Below are positions 27,114-36,956 of a stretch of DNA of 64,000 nucleotides, one piece after another; the first letter of the stretch is position 1; every line of letters starts with the position of its first letter. The stretch covers positions 65,049 through 129,048 of the forward strand of contig JBGAJA010000006.1 in assembly GCA_044225175.1 (NCBI GenBank), written 5' to 3'. The stretch comes from Candidatus Omnitrophota bacterium (lineage in GTDB: Bacteria > Omnitrophota > Gorgyraeia > Zapsychrales > Fredricksoniimonadaceae). Made by a program: the position numbers and the translations under genes. Under the pieces are notes generated by a model. That model saw only the letters and a program-made list of their open reading frames with translations, made no database searches and was not told where the DNA came from.

Positions 27114-28757
27114 ATGATTATTGTTATTCTTTTAGCGCTCTTAGGTTTGCCTTTATACTTTGGTCTTTTTAGCGAGCATATTGTGGGTGGTCATGATGCA
27201 GCATCAGGGCTAATCAGAGCTATTTGCATGGATAAATATTTGGGTGATGGGCAGATATTGCCTCGTTGGCTTCCAGATGTTAATTTTGGCTTTGGTTCTC
27301 CAATGTTCAACTTTTATCCTCCGTTTTTCTATTTTTTATCTGTTGTACTCTCTAAAGTTACGCACAATATGCTCTTAGCTATGAATTGGGTTTGTATTAT
27401 TCTGTGGATTGTTTCAGGGATTGGCATTTATTTGTTAGCGAAAGAATTTTGGGGGCGTAAAGGTGGGTTGGTATCGGCTATTGCCTACATGTATGCTCCG
27501 TATCATATCCAGGATCTTTATGTTCGAGGAGCTTTTGCGGAATTTAGCGCATTTGCATTTTTTCCTTTGATCATTTTAGCCTTTTACAAGATTAGTAAGA
27601 AAATTGAAGTGAAATATGTCGTACTGGGGACGCTGGGTATTACTTCTTTAAGTCTTACTCACAATGTGATGAGTATGCTCTTTCTTCCAGTCTTGATGTC
27701 ATATATTGTTTTCTTATCGATCTTAAGAAAGAATATTTACATTTTTTTGTTTAATTTTGCAATGGTTGTGGTGGGGCTCATGATGGCTGCCTTTTTTTGG
27801 TTGCCCGCATTTAATGAGAAGAGTTCTTTAAACATGCTTCTTTTGGTCCTCTTTCATTATGATTTTCATCAGCACTTTCTTTCTTTAGCTCAATTGTTTA
27901 ATACTCCATGGGCGGTTAATCCTGAGGATCAAACAAAGTTGCCTTATCATGTAGGATTGTTTCCTGTCATTTTAGTGGTGGTTTCTTTAGGTCTTGTGAT
28001 TAAAAGGTTCAAAGAAAATAAAGAGATGTCTCTGCATTATCTATTTTTTCTTTTTGTAACTATTGTCGCTATGTTGTTTACTCTGCCCATTACTGAGATC
28101 ATTTGGGAAAAAGTCATTTTATTAAGATGTATTCAATTTCCATGGCGTTTATTGGCGATCATCAGTTTTTTTGTCTCGTTAATGGCAGGTGGAATCATGC
28201 TCATAAATAAATCAAAAGTGGTTAGTAATTTTATTCTTATTGGAGTCATGATTGTCATTATGCTTTCATCCGCGAAATTAATTTCCAGCATAAAGTTTAA
28301 GAATATAGATCAAGTTAAGATCAAAGAACACCTTTCTGAGCTTACTTTTTTGGGAGAAGGTGAATATACTCCTCGGTGGATTATGAAAGTGCCAACATCA
28401 AAACTGCCAGACAAATTTATGTTCTTACAGGGTAGTGGAACTCTCACAGAATATAAAAAGATTAATGCTGTAGAGCACACTATACGTGTGATGTCTTTTC
28501 AACCTGCCATGTTATGTTTTGGTTCTTTTTATTTTCCAGGATGGGAAGCTTTTATAGATGGTAAGTCAACGCCTCTCAGGGCCGACAATCAATATGGGCT
28601 TGCGGTCTTTGTGGTTCCTCCTGGAGACCATCTAGTGAAAATGGTCTTTAGAACAACTCCTATTCGACAACTAGCTGTGAGGATTTCTTGGGGAGGATTA
28701 ATCTTGTTTATCATTGGATTATTTCTTATTCGAAAATCAAATTGGTCAAGATCATGA
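27114..28757 (+). CDS. YfhO/PTPS-related-domain membrane protein (predicted GT-C glycosyltransferase)
   Basis: N-terminal …GGHDAASGLIRAICMDKYLGDGQILPRWLPDVNFGFGSPMFNFYPP…. The C-terminal …FPGWEAFIDGKSTPL… is typical of the 6-pyruvoyl-tetrahydropterin-synthase-related (YfhO-like) membrane family. Confidence 0.5.
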   Translation: MIIVILLALLGLPLYFGLFSEHIVGGHDAASGLIRAICMDKYLGDGQILPRWLPDVNFGFGSPMFNFYPPFFYFLSVVLSKVTHNMLLAMNWVCIILWIVSGIGIYLLAKEFWGRKGGLVSAIAYMYAPYHIQDLYVRGAFAEFSAFAFFPLIILAFYKISKKIEVKYVVLGTLGITSLSLTHNVMSMLFLPVLMSYIVFLSILRKNIYIFLFNFAMVVVGLMMAAFFWLPAFNEKSSLNMLLLVLFHYDFHQHFLSLAQLFNTPWAVNPEDQTKLPYHVGLFPVILVVVSLGLVIKRFKENKEMSLHYLFFLFVTIVAMLFTLPITEIIWEKVILLRCIQFPWRLLAIISFFVSLMAGGIMLINKSKVVSNFILIGVMIVIMLSSAKLISSIKFKNIDQVKIKEHLSELTFLGEGEYTPRWIMKVPTSKLPDKFMFLQGSGTLTEYKKINAVEHTIRVMSFQPAMLCFGSFYFPGWEAFIDGKSTPLRADNQYGLAVFVVPPGDHLVKMVFRTTPIRQLAVRISWGGLILFIIGLFLIRKSNWSRS

Positions 28758-29467
28758 AAAGCATTTCGATTGTTATTCCAGCAAAAGATGAAGAGAAGCG
28801 TTTGCCGATTTTTCTTAAAACAGTGATTGAATTCTGTAATCGCTCTACACATTCCTATGAGATCATTATTGTTGATGATGGCAGCAAGGATGCTACAGCA
28901 TCTTTGGCACTAGAATTTCAAAAAGAGTTTTCTTCATTGAAGATCATTTCATTGGACCGCAATCACGGAAAAGGTTTTGCGGTCAAGCAAGGATTCTTGG
29001 CTTCCCATGGAGATATTGTTTTATTCTTAGATGCGGATGGTTCAACGTCACCTACGGAAATTGAGCGACATCTATATCTATTAGATCAAGAAAATGATGT
29101 GGTGATTGGATCAAGGGTTTTAAGGGATGGGCAATCTCAGGTTAAGAGTCGTTTTTATCGCAAGATTATGGGTCATGTGTTCAATTATTGTGTCTCATCT
29201 TTTTTGATCAAAGGAATCAAAGATACTCAATGTGGTTTTAAGATGTTTAAAAGTACAGCTGCGAAAAATATATTTCAGAAAGTTTATTTGGAAGGGTTTG
29301 GTTTTGATTTGGAAGTCCTATTCTTGGCGCAAAAGTTTCATTACCGCATTAAAGAAGTTCCCGTCAACTGGTCTCACGTGCAAGGAAGCAAGGTCAATAT
29401 TTGGAAAGATTCTTTACGAATGTTCTTCAATATTCTAGAAATCAAAAAATTACATAAAGATCTTTAG
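28754..29467 (+). CDS. Family-2 glycosyltransferase, polyprenyl-phosphate sugar synthase-like (DPM1/ArnC/GtrB type)
   Basis: ISIVIPAKDEE… IIIVDDGSKD… LFLDADGS…; about 237 aa and soluble. The ATG at 28754 overlaps the previous stop (ATGA). Confidence 0.8.
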   Translation: MKSISIVIPAKDEEKRLPIFLKTVIEFCNRSTHSYEIIIVDDGSKDATASLALEFQKEFSSLKIISLDRNHGKGFAVKQGFLASHGDIVLFLDADGSTSPTEIERHLYLLDQENDVVIGSRVLRDGQSQVKSRFYRKIMGHVFNYCVSSFLIKGIKDTQCGFKMFKSTAAKNIFQKVYLEGFGFDLEVLFLAQKFHYRIKEVPVNWSHVQGSKVNIWKDSLRMFFNILEIKKLHKDL

Positions 29468-30873
29468 TATGCTTTAGGGAGGCCTAGGGCATGGCGCATG
29501 TCCATCCACATGGCACGTGAAGAAGAACAGCTGTCTCCGTGGTAATTCATCAGATAATAGCGGAAGTGATAGTCGTTTTCTTGGTATCGAACCATAAATT
29601 TGACCCAGTCTTCCTTGGTCTTCGCATGCAAAGCTTCTTCTTTGGTCCAGAAACTAAACCAACCCATGCTCTCTTTAGGGTACACTGTAAAATATCCTCT
29701 TAAGAAGACGAATGCAAAGATGATCCCTGTTACTGTGACAATGATAAAGGTGGCTTGCCATCGCTGGGTTAGCATCCATAATCCATAAGCCAATAATAAG
29801 CATGAGAAGGGAAGGGCACTCACAGTTCTTAAATTGCTGGGGAGGCCCCCTTGAGTTAAAGCTGCCGGAATAATAGAAATCAATATATTAATAAATAAAA
29901 AAATAAGCCACCAATGATGCGCTCTTGTAGCTTTAAATTGAAAGATTAAGAACCCAACCAGACATAGAAGTCCTAGAATTTCAACCCAACTTAAAAGTCC
30001 AACGTGTTGGGTAGAATGTTCCCATGAGGGATCTCCCGTTACAAATAAATATTGAGGAGTAAAGTGGGAGAAATAATTCTTTAGGAAAATTTCGGACAAA
30101 TCATGAATGCTTTTGGTTTTTCCAATACTGTGAAGAAATTCTTCATTTGCGATTGAAATGCCTTTAAATCGTTCCTGTAAATTTCCAAACAAAGTACCGT
30201 GAATTAAAGGAATACAAGGGATGACCAAGGCCAAAACAAAGGCGATGAAATTCTTTTTATTAAGAGTTTTTATTTGGAATTGATAGATAAACAATGTGAT
30301 GAGAAATAAAGGAACCTGCATGCGAGCAGGAGGATAGACATACAATGCACACGCAAATAAAAGTCCCGCCCAGACTTTATCTAACACCTTTGGAGAACGA
30401 AGAAAGAAGAATAAGCCCCAAATGATAAATGTGGCACAAAAAGTAGATTCATATCCTATTCTAGAGAGATTCCAACACCACGGAGAAAGGCTTGCTATAA
30501 AAGCTCCTAAGAGACCGTATGAGGTCCCCAAGAGTAGACGTCCTACAAAGAATATGCCAATGACGGTTAAGACATTGAAAAAAGCCGTGAAGGCTCTGAG
30601 TTTATCAACGGTAGGTCCAAATATTTTGACCCATAGAGCAGCAGGATATGCGTACACAGGAGGTTTAGGAGTGCCGTAATGTTGTTCAAAGAATAAGGGA
30701 TGAGGGATGAGATGTGCATCAGTTCCCTGAGTTTCAAGGCATTGAATGCTGACTGCACCTGCCAATTCATCGACATTAAAACCATAAGGAACGTCATCTA
30801 ACCAACAGAAACGAAGGATGTTGATAACGATAATGGTAAGAATAATCAGTGCGCAAGAAATCTTTTTGATCAT
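29464..30873 (-). CDS. GT-C membrane glycosyltransferase, ArnT/PMT (GT83/GT39)-like
   Basis: N-terminal …LRFCWLDDVPYGFNVDELAGA… (the DE motif in the first periplasmic loop), followed by about 12 TM segments. Confidence 0.6.
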   Translation of the reverse strand: MIKKISCALIILTIIVINILRFCWLDDVPYGFNVDELAGAVSIQCLETQGTDAHLIPHPLFFEQHYGTPKPPVYAYPAALWVKIFGPTVDKLRAFTAFFNVLTVIGIFFVGRLLLGTSYGLLGAFIASLSPWCWNLSRIGYESTFCATFIIWGLFFFLRSPKVLDKVWAGLLFACALYVYPPARMQVPLFLITLFIYQFQIKTLNKKNFIAFVLALVIPCIPLIHGTLFGNLQERFKGISIANEEFLHSIGKTKSIHDLSEIFLKNYFSHFTPQYLFVTGDPSWEHSTQHVGLLSWVEILGLLCLVGFLIFQFKATRAHHWWLIFLFINILISIIPAALTQGGLPSNLRTVSALPFSCLLLAYGLWMLTQRWQATFIIVTVTGIIFAFVFLRGYFTVYPKESMGWFSFWTKEEALHAKTKEDWVKFMVRYQENDYHFRYYLMNYHGDSCSSSRAMWMDMRHALGLPKAY

Positions 30874-32285
30874 GTCTTTTTGGGTCGGTAAATATGTGTG
30901 CTATGTCCAAAAAAGCTTTCTGCAGTTTCCATGATAGTCTCTGATAGAGTTGGATGTGGGTGAATGGAAAGTTTTAAATCTTTCGCAACAGAACCCATTT
31001 CAATGGCAAGAACACCTTCCGCAATCATTTCTCCAGCTCCAACTCCAACAATTCCAACGCCTAAGATTCGTTCTGTTTGAGGATCAATGATGAGTTTGGT
31101 TAAACCATCTTGACGATCAAGCGTTAAAGCGCGTCCCGATGCTGCCCAGGGGAATTTAATTACTTTTACATCGCGGCCAGCCTTGAGAGCTTCACCTTCA
31201 GTTAAACCAGCCCAGGCAATTTCAGGATCGGTAAAGACTACAGCAGGGATAGCTTGTGGTTCAAAGGCAACCTTTTGACCGTTAATTGCTTCAACAGCAA
31301 CGCGGCCTTCGTGGGATGCTTTGTGAGCAAGCATTGGATCGCCTGCAATGTCACCAATAGCATAAATATTTTCATCTCCTGTGCGGCGTTGATCATTGAC
31401 TTCAACGAATCCGCGGGGAGTTACTTTAACTTTTGTATTTTCTAATCCTAAATTCTCGGAATTTGGTTTACGACCAATGGAAATGAGGACTTTGTTGTAT
31501 TCGCTTTTAAACTCTTTTCCTTCTTTGTCTTGGAAGGTGACGGCAATACCTTTAGCAGATTCTTCCATTTTTAAGACCTTTGTCTCAAGCATAATGCTTG
31601 CAAACATGCCGGTTACTCGTTTAGTTAAGACAGCAGCTAGATCAGCGTCTGCTCCAGCTAGTAAAGAAGGAAGCATTTCAACGACGGAGACCTTAGAGCC
31701 TAATTCATGATAGACAGTTCCAAGTTCCATGCCAATATAACCACCGCCAATAACAAGTAATGATTCAGGAACGGTTTCCATATCGAGTGCGCCAGTTGAA
31801 TCCCAAATGTGAGGTGATTTGGGAGCAGAAGGTAAAGTTGTTGGCCGGGACCCAGTTGCAAGAATTGCTTTATCAAAGCTAACGTCTTCACTTGTGCCAT
31901 CCATTTTCTTAACCTTAAGAGATGTAGAACTTGTAAAGGAAGCTTCACCTTGAATGTATTTGATTTTGCGTGCTTTAGCCAGTTGTCCTAATCCACCTGT
32001 CAACTTAGAAACAACGCTCTTTTTCCAATCGCGTAGTTTGTTAAAGTCCATCTTAGGTTCAGCATACTCAATACCAAAGTTCTTGGCATGTTTAGCCTCA
32101 GAGATAATTTTAGCTACGTGTAAGAAGGCTTTTGATGGGATGCATCCGCGATAAAGGCAGACGCCACCGGGATTGGTTTCTTTTTCAACGATGGTTACTT
32201 CCATGCCGATATCAGAGGCCAAGAATGCAGCGGAATACCCGCCAGGACCAGCGCCGATGACTACTAATTTGATTGGATTAGCCAT
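30870..32285 (-). CDS. lpd: Dihydrolipoyl dehydrogenase (E3)
   Basis: FAD motif LVVIGAGPGGYSAA and the redox disulfide GGVCLYRGCIPSK. The internal ATG is the likely start, overlapping the E2 stop by 1 nt (TAATG on the minus strand). Confidence 0.9.
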   Translation of the reverse strand: MANPIKLVVIGAGPGGYSAAFLASDIGMEVTIVEKETNPGGVCLYRGCIPSKAFLHVAKIISEAKHAKNFGIEYAEPKMDFNKLRDWKKSVVSKLTGGLGQLAKARKIKYIQGEASFTSSTSLKVKKMDGTSEDVSFDKAILATGSRPTTLPSAPKSPHIWDSTGALDMETVPESLLVIGGGYIGMELGTVYHELGSKVSVVEMLPSLLAGADADLAAVLTKRVTGMFASIMLETKVLKMEESAKGIAVTFQDKEGKEFKSEYNKVLISIGRKPNSENLGLENTKVKVTPRGFVEVNDQRRTGDENIYAIGDIAGDPMLAHKASHEGRVAVEAINGQKVAFEPQAIPAVVFTDPEIAWAGLTEGEALKAGRDVKVIKFPWAASGRALTLDRQDGLTKLIIDPQTERILGVGIVGVGAGEMIAEGVLAIEMGSVAKDLKLSIHPHPTLSETIMETAESFFGHSTHIYRPKKT

Positions 32286-33925
32286 TACAGTAAACCCTCC
32301 ACAGTAGAAGGTTGTTCTAAGGCTTGGGCAACCCAACGGATAAAGCGAGCGCCATCTGCGCCATCTACGATGCGATGGTCATAGGATAGTGATAAAGGAA
32401 GCATCATTTTTGGAACGAATGCCCCGTCCACAAATACAGGCTCCATGACACCACGAGAAACACCTAAAATGGCTACTTCAGGCCAGTTAACAATGGGAGT
32501 AAAGAAGCTTCCACCAATGCCGCCTAAGTTGGAGATGGTGAATGTGCCGCCTTGTAAATCTTCGATTGAAATCTTACGAGTTCTAGCTTTTTCAGCGACC
32601 GCAGTTAATGCGTCAGAGATTTCGTTAACGCTTAGGCGATCAACATTCTTAATAGTTGGAACAAGAAGCCCACGATCAGTATCAACGGCAACACCAATAT
32701 TAATAAAGTCTTTGTAAACGACTTCATTGGTTGTCATATCTACAGATGAATTGAATTGTGGGAATTTCTTTAAACCAACAGCAATAATTTTAATTAAATA
32801 AGCAGTAATTGAAAGTTTACGTGTAGAAGTTGAAGCTGCTTTACGGATCTTTTCAATTTCTGTGATATCCACTTTTTCACATTGGGTCACGTGTGGGATC
32901 ATGCTCCAGGCAGAGGAGAGATGTTCAGCTGTTTTGCGGCGAACATTGCTCATAGCTTCACGTTTAGATGTTCCCCATTTGTTAAAGTCTGGTAATGCAG
33001 GGATGGCAGGACCAACTGGGCCTTGACCACGAGACATATTTAAAGCTTTGGAGAATTTCTTAACATCATCAATGGAAATACGTCCGCCAGCGCCGCTTCC
33101 GGTCACTTGGCCTAAATCAATTCCAATTTCACGCGCAAATAAACGAACAGAGGGAGCAGCTGCCAGATTCTTTCGAACAGGAGGATGTCCTGTTGTGGTC
33201 ACAGGGGCAGCTTCAGCAGCTTTGACAGCTTGAGGAGTTGAAACTGATGCGGCCTTTTCAGCCGAAGGCTGACCAGCCTTTGGCTGGGGCTGAGGTTTCG
33301 CAGAAGCAGTTGCACCGGACAGAATTTTGAATACAGGTTGTCCAACCTTAATGACATCACCTGATTTGACTAAAATTTCTTTAATGACACCCGCTTCAGG
33401 GGATGGAACTTCCAAAACAGCTTTGTCGGTTTCAAGTTCAAGGATGTTTTGACCCTTTGTGATAGTGTCTTCAGCTTTGACTAAGACTTTTGTGACTGTT
33501 CCTTTATCGAGATTTTCACCAAGAGCAGGAAGTAAGAGATCTTTAACGGTAGCTGGGCCCGACGCTGCTGGTGCTTTTGCTTCGCTTGCAGGAGCTTCTT
33601 GTTGTGGGGCTGCAGGAGCAGCTTTGGGAGCTTCTGTTTTTGTTTGAGCTGCAGCAGGTGCAGCGGCGCCACCTCCGCCGGAGGCGGATCCGCCTTCGGC
33701 GGATAGATTGAAGACAGGTTGGCCAATCTTAATAACATCGCCTGCTTTGACCAGAATTTCGCTCACTGTTCCTTCTTGGTTAGAAGGAATCTCTACAACA
33801 GCTTTATCGGTTTCAAGTTCAAGGATGTTTTGACCTTTTTTCAAAGAGTCGCCAACCTTAACTAAAACCTTAGTTACTGTTCCTTGGGTAATGTTTTCAC
33901 CGATTTCGGGTAATTTTAATTCCAT
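32285..33925 (-). CDS. aceF: Dihydrolipoamide acetyltransferase E2 with two lipoyl domains
   Basis: Two …ELETDKA… lipoyl-lysine motifs, Ala/Pro-rich linkers, an E3-binding domain, and a catalytic domain with DHR (…LSLSYDHRIVDGA). Confidence 0.9.
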   Translation of the reverse strand: MELKLPEIGENITQGTVTKVLVKVGDSLKKGQNILELETDKAVVEIPSNQEGTVSEILVKAGDVIKIGQPVFNLSAEGGSASGGGGAAAPAAAQTKTEAPKAAPAAPQQEAPASEAKAPAASGPATVKDLLLPALGENLDKGTVTKVLVKAEDTITKGQNILELETDKAVLEVPSPEAGVIKEILVKSGDVIKVGQPVFKILSGATASAKPQPQPKAGQPSAEKAASVSTPQAVKAAEAAPVTTTGHPPVRKNLAAAPSVRLFAREIGIDLGQVTGSGAGGRISIDDVKKFSKALNMSRGQGPVGPAIPALPDFNKWGTSKREAMSNVRRKTAEHLSSAWSMIPHVTQCEKVDITEIEKIRKAASTSTRKLSITAYLIKIIAVGLKKFPQFNSSVDMTTNEVVYKDFINIGVAVDTDRGLLVPTIKNVDRLSVNEISDALTAVAEKARTRKISIEDLQGGTFTISNLGGIGGSFFTPIVNWPEVAILGVSRGVMEPVFVDGAFVPKMMLPLSLSYDHRIVDGADGARFIRWVAQALEQPSTVEGLL

Positions 33926-33933
33926 AAATTCCT

Positions 33934-36606
33934 TTATGATGTCATTGGATTCAATTTATCTGGATTGATCTTCAATTCTGTTTTAGCTTTTGATAATGAA
34001 TCTTGGGTAATTTTCTTGGCTGCAAATAAATCAACCAAAGTTGCCCACACAATATGTTTAGCATCCACTTCAAAGAAGTCGCGCAATGCTTCACGGCTCT
34101 CAGAACGGCCAAAGCCATCTGTTCCAAGAACAGTATAGGAAGCTGGCATCCATTGACGGATGGAGTCCGGCATGGCTTTTAAGTTGTCAGAGGCTGCAAT
34201 GAATACGCCTTCTTCGTTTTTAAGTAAAGTTGCCACATAAGGAGCCTTAGCATTCTTGGTTCCACGTAACATATTGTCACGCTCTGCATGTAGCGCATCG
34301 CGACGAAGTTCGTTGTAACTTGTAACTGACCAAACATCCGTTGCAACGTTATATTTTTCTTCCAAGATCTTTTGAGCTTCAAGAACTTGGTTCATGATGG
34401 CGCCACTTCCCATCAAATGAGCGCGCATTTCAGATTTCTTGGTTGATTTGCTAAAGCGATACATGCCTTTCAAGACGCCTTCTTTAACGCCTTGGGGCAT
34501 GACAGGCATAGCATAGTTTTCATTGCTAACACTTAAATAGTAGAAGATGCTTTCTTGCTTTTCATACATGCGATAAATACCGTCGCGGATGATTAAGGCG
34601 ATTTCAAAAGCAAAGGCAGGATCATAGCAGATCACATTGGGAACGGAAGAAAGAAGCATATGAGAATGACCATCTTGATGCTGTAAACCTTCTCCGTTTA
34701 ATGTGGTACGACCTGCTGTTCCGCCAACTAAGAATCCTTTGCAACGTAAATCAGCCGCTGCCCAGATTAAATCTCCAACGCGTTGAGGTCCAAACATGGA
34801 GTAATAAGTGTAGAAAGGAATCATATTGATATTGTGATTCGCATAAGCACAACCAGCAGCAATAAAGGAGGAGATAGCACCTGCTTCATTGATACCTTCT
34901 TCAAGGATTTGGCCGTCTTTTGCTTCTTTGTAATACATTAAACTTTCTGAATCCACAGGTTCATATAACTGACCTGCATGAGCATAAATACCAATTTGAC
35001 GGAATAAACCTTCCATACCAAATGTGCGCGCTTCATCAGGAATGATGGGAACAATTAACTTTCCAATTTTTTCATCGCGAAGCAACTTGGATAAGACGCG
35101 GACGTAAACCATGGTTGTGGATACGGCGCGTCCTTCAGTTCCTTTAAAAAACTCTTCAAATAATTCTTCTGAAGGAGTTGAAAGTGGTGTGGTTGTGGTG
35201 CTTCGTTGGGGTAAGTAACCGCCTAAAGCTTTACGGCGTTCTTGTAAGTATTTCATTTCTGGAGAATCATCGGCTGGACGATAGAAGGGGGTTTTGACAA
35301 CTTCAGCATCTGAAAGAGGAATATTAAAACGGGTGCGGAATTCTTTAAGTTCTTGTTCATTCATCTTCTTTTGCTGATGGGTAATATTTTTTCCTTCACC
35401 GCTTTCACCTAAACCATAACCTTTGACAGTTTTGGCTAAGATGACTGTTGGAGCACCTTTGTATTCAACGGCCGCTTTATAAGCAGCGTAAACTTTTTCA
35501 GGATCATGTCCACCGCGACGCATTTTTTGAATTTGTTCATCGGATAAATGTTTAACCATGTCTTGCAAGCGTGGATCATTGAAGAACTTTTCACGAACAT
35601 AGGAGCCAGAGGAGACGGTGTACTTTTGATATTCACCGTCTAAGACTTCTCCCATACGTTTAGCTAAATGACCTTCTGTATCTTTTTCTAATAAATCATC
35701 CCAATCATCACCCCAAACAACCTTGATAACGTTCCAACCAGCCCCGCGGAAAAGAGCTTCTAATTCTTGAATGATCTTTCCATTTCCACGAACAGGACCA
35801 TCTAAGCGTTGCAAGTTGCAGTTGATGACAAAAATAAGATTGTCTAATTTTTCACGAGAGGCCATGGTTAAGGCGCCTAAAGATTCTGGTTCATCGCTTT
35901 CACCATCACCCATGTAAACCCAAACTTTGTGATCATCTTTAGCTTTAAGACCACGATCTTCTAAATAACGTGTGAAGCGGGCTTGATAGATTCCCATAAT
36001 TGGAGCTAAACCCATTGAAACTGTAGGGAATTGCCAAAAGTTTGGCATAAGCCAAGGGTGTGGATAAGATGATAAGCCTTGAACAGGTTGAAGTTCGCGG
36101 CGAAAGTTCTTTAAGTTTTCTTCAGTTAATCGCCCTTCTACGAAAGCGCGGGCATATATCCCTGGAGAGGCGTGTCCCTGAAAATACACCAAATCTCCTG
36201 AAAAAGTGGTTGGACTTGCCCTAAAAAAGTGGTTAAAACCTATTTCATATAGGGTTGCAGAGGAGGCAAAGGTAGATATATGACCACCGATTCCATCCGT
36301 GTTTTTGTTCGCTTTGACAACCATGGCCATAGCATTCCAGCGAATAATACTCTTAATGCGGCGTTCTAACTCACGGTTTCCTGGAAAAGCAGGTTGTTTA
36401 TCTTTGGCGATTGTATTGATATAAGGGGTGTTTAATGTGAAAGGGAGTGTAACTCCGCTTTCTTGTGCTCTAATTTGAAGTTGTTGGAGAAGATATTGCA
36501 CACGGTCTGGGGTTCCGTTTGATAAGACATAGTCCAGTGAAGCTAACCATTCTTTTAACTCAATATCATCCATAACGTTTGGTTTTTTAACATTGGGTTC
36601 ATCCAT
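33934..36606 (-). CDS. aceE: Pyruvate dehydrogenase E1 component, homodimeric type
   Basis: 890 aa with a ThDP-binding region (…GDGESDEPE…NLIFVINCNLQRLDGPVRGN…) typical of AceE. Confidence 0.9.
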   Translation of the reverse strand: MDEPNVKKPNVMDDIELKEWLASLDYVLSNGTPDRVQYLLQQLQIRAQESGVTLPFTLNTPYINTIAKDKQPAFPGNRELERRIKSIIRWNAMAMVVKANKNTDGIGGHISTFASSATLYEIGFNHFFRASPTTFSGDLVYFQGHASPGIYARAFVEGRLTEENLKNFRRELQPVQGLSSYPHPWLMPNFWQFPTVSMGLAPIMGIYQARFTRYLEDRGLKAKDDHKVWVYMGDGESDEPESLGALTMASREKLDNLIFVINCNLQRLDGPVRGNGKIIQELEALFRGAGWNVIKVVWGDDWDDLLEKDTEGHLAKRMGEVLDGEYQKYTVSSGSYVREKFFNDPRLQDMVKHLSDEQIQKMRRGGHDPEKVYAAYKAAVEYKGAPTVILAKTVKGYGLGESGEGKNITHQQKKMNEQELKEFRTRFNIPLSDAEVVKTPFYRPADDSPEMKYLQERRKALGGYLPQRSTTTTPLSTPSEELFEEFFKGTEGRAVSTTMVYVRVLSKLLRDEKIGKLIVPIIPDEARTFGMEGLFRQIGIYAHAGQLYEPVDSESLMYYKEAKDGQILEEGINEAGAISSFIAAGCAYANHNINMIPFYTYYSMFGPQRVGDLIWAAADLRCKGFLVGGTAGRTTLNGEGLQHQDGHSHMLLSSVPNVICYDPAFAFEIALIIRDGIYRMYEKQESIFYYLSVSNENYAMPVMPQGVKEGVLKGMYRFSKSTKKSEMRAHLMGSGAIMNQVLEAQKILEEKYNVATDVWSVTSYNELRRDALHAERDNMLRGTKNAKAPYVATLLKNEEGVFIAASDNLKAMPDSIRQWMPASYTVLGTDGFGRSESREALRDFFEVDAKHIVWATLVDLFAAKKITQDSLSKAKTELKINPDKLNPMTS

Positions 36607-36720
36607 AACAATTTACTCCTGATATAGTTACATTGATTAAAAATCGGGGTATTCTAGTATGCAAATTTATGATTGGCAAGGGGAAAACCGTATTTCAAAG
36701 ATATTTTACTGTTATTTATC

Positions 36721-36748
36721 GTAGAGACGCAAGATTTTGCGTCTCTAC
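36721..36748. terminator. Perfect 10-bp stem-loop (GTAGAGACGC-aagatttt-GCGTCTCTAC) between the tRNA-Leu and the PDH operon
   Basis: Read directly from the sequence. On the plus strand it is followed by a moderately T-rich tract, but not on the minus strand. It could be a terminator or insulator; the strand is uncertain. Confidence 0.3.
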
Positions 36749-36763
36749 GGAATATTTTAATTA

Positions 36764-36848
36764 TGGTGCCCGAGGAGAGATTTGAACTCTCAAGGCTTTC
36801 GCCATACGCTTCTGAGACGTACGCGTATACCAATTCCGCCACCCGGGC
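36764..36848 (-). tRNA. tRNA-Leu (anticodon CAG), type II with a long variable arm; CCA encoded
   Basis: Manual fold of the reverse complement: acceptor stem GCCCGGG/CTCGGGC, a 3-bp D-stem, the anticodon stem TACGT/GCGTA with loop CT-CAG-AA, a long variable arm, a T-arm containing TTCAAATC, then discriminator A and CCA. Confidence 0.8.
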
Positions 36849-36956
36849 AAACAAGGCGCTCAGTATAAAGCTCAAGCCTTTCCCTGTCAATGGTTCGACT
36901 GGAACATCCTAAACAGGTTAATTGGCATTAAGTATTTATATATTGTATACTTCTGC

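Noticed and set aside
36654-36912. Two overlapping ORFs (36654-36890 minus, 36673-36912 plus) in the ORF track
   Set aside because: They overlap the tRNA-Leu gene and a stem-loop. They have no RBS and low-complexity translations, so they are almost certainly non-coding.
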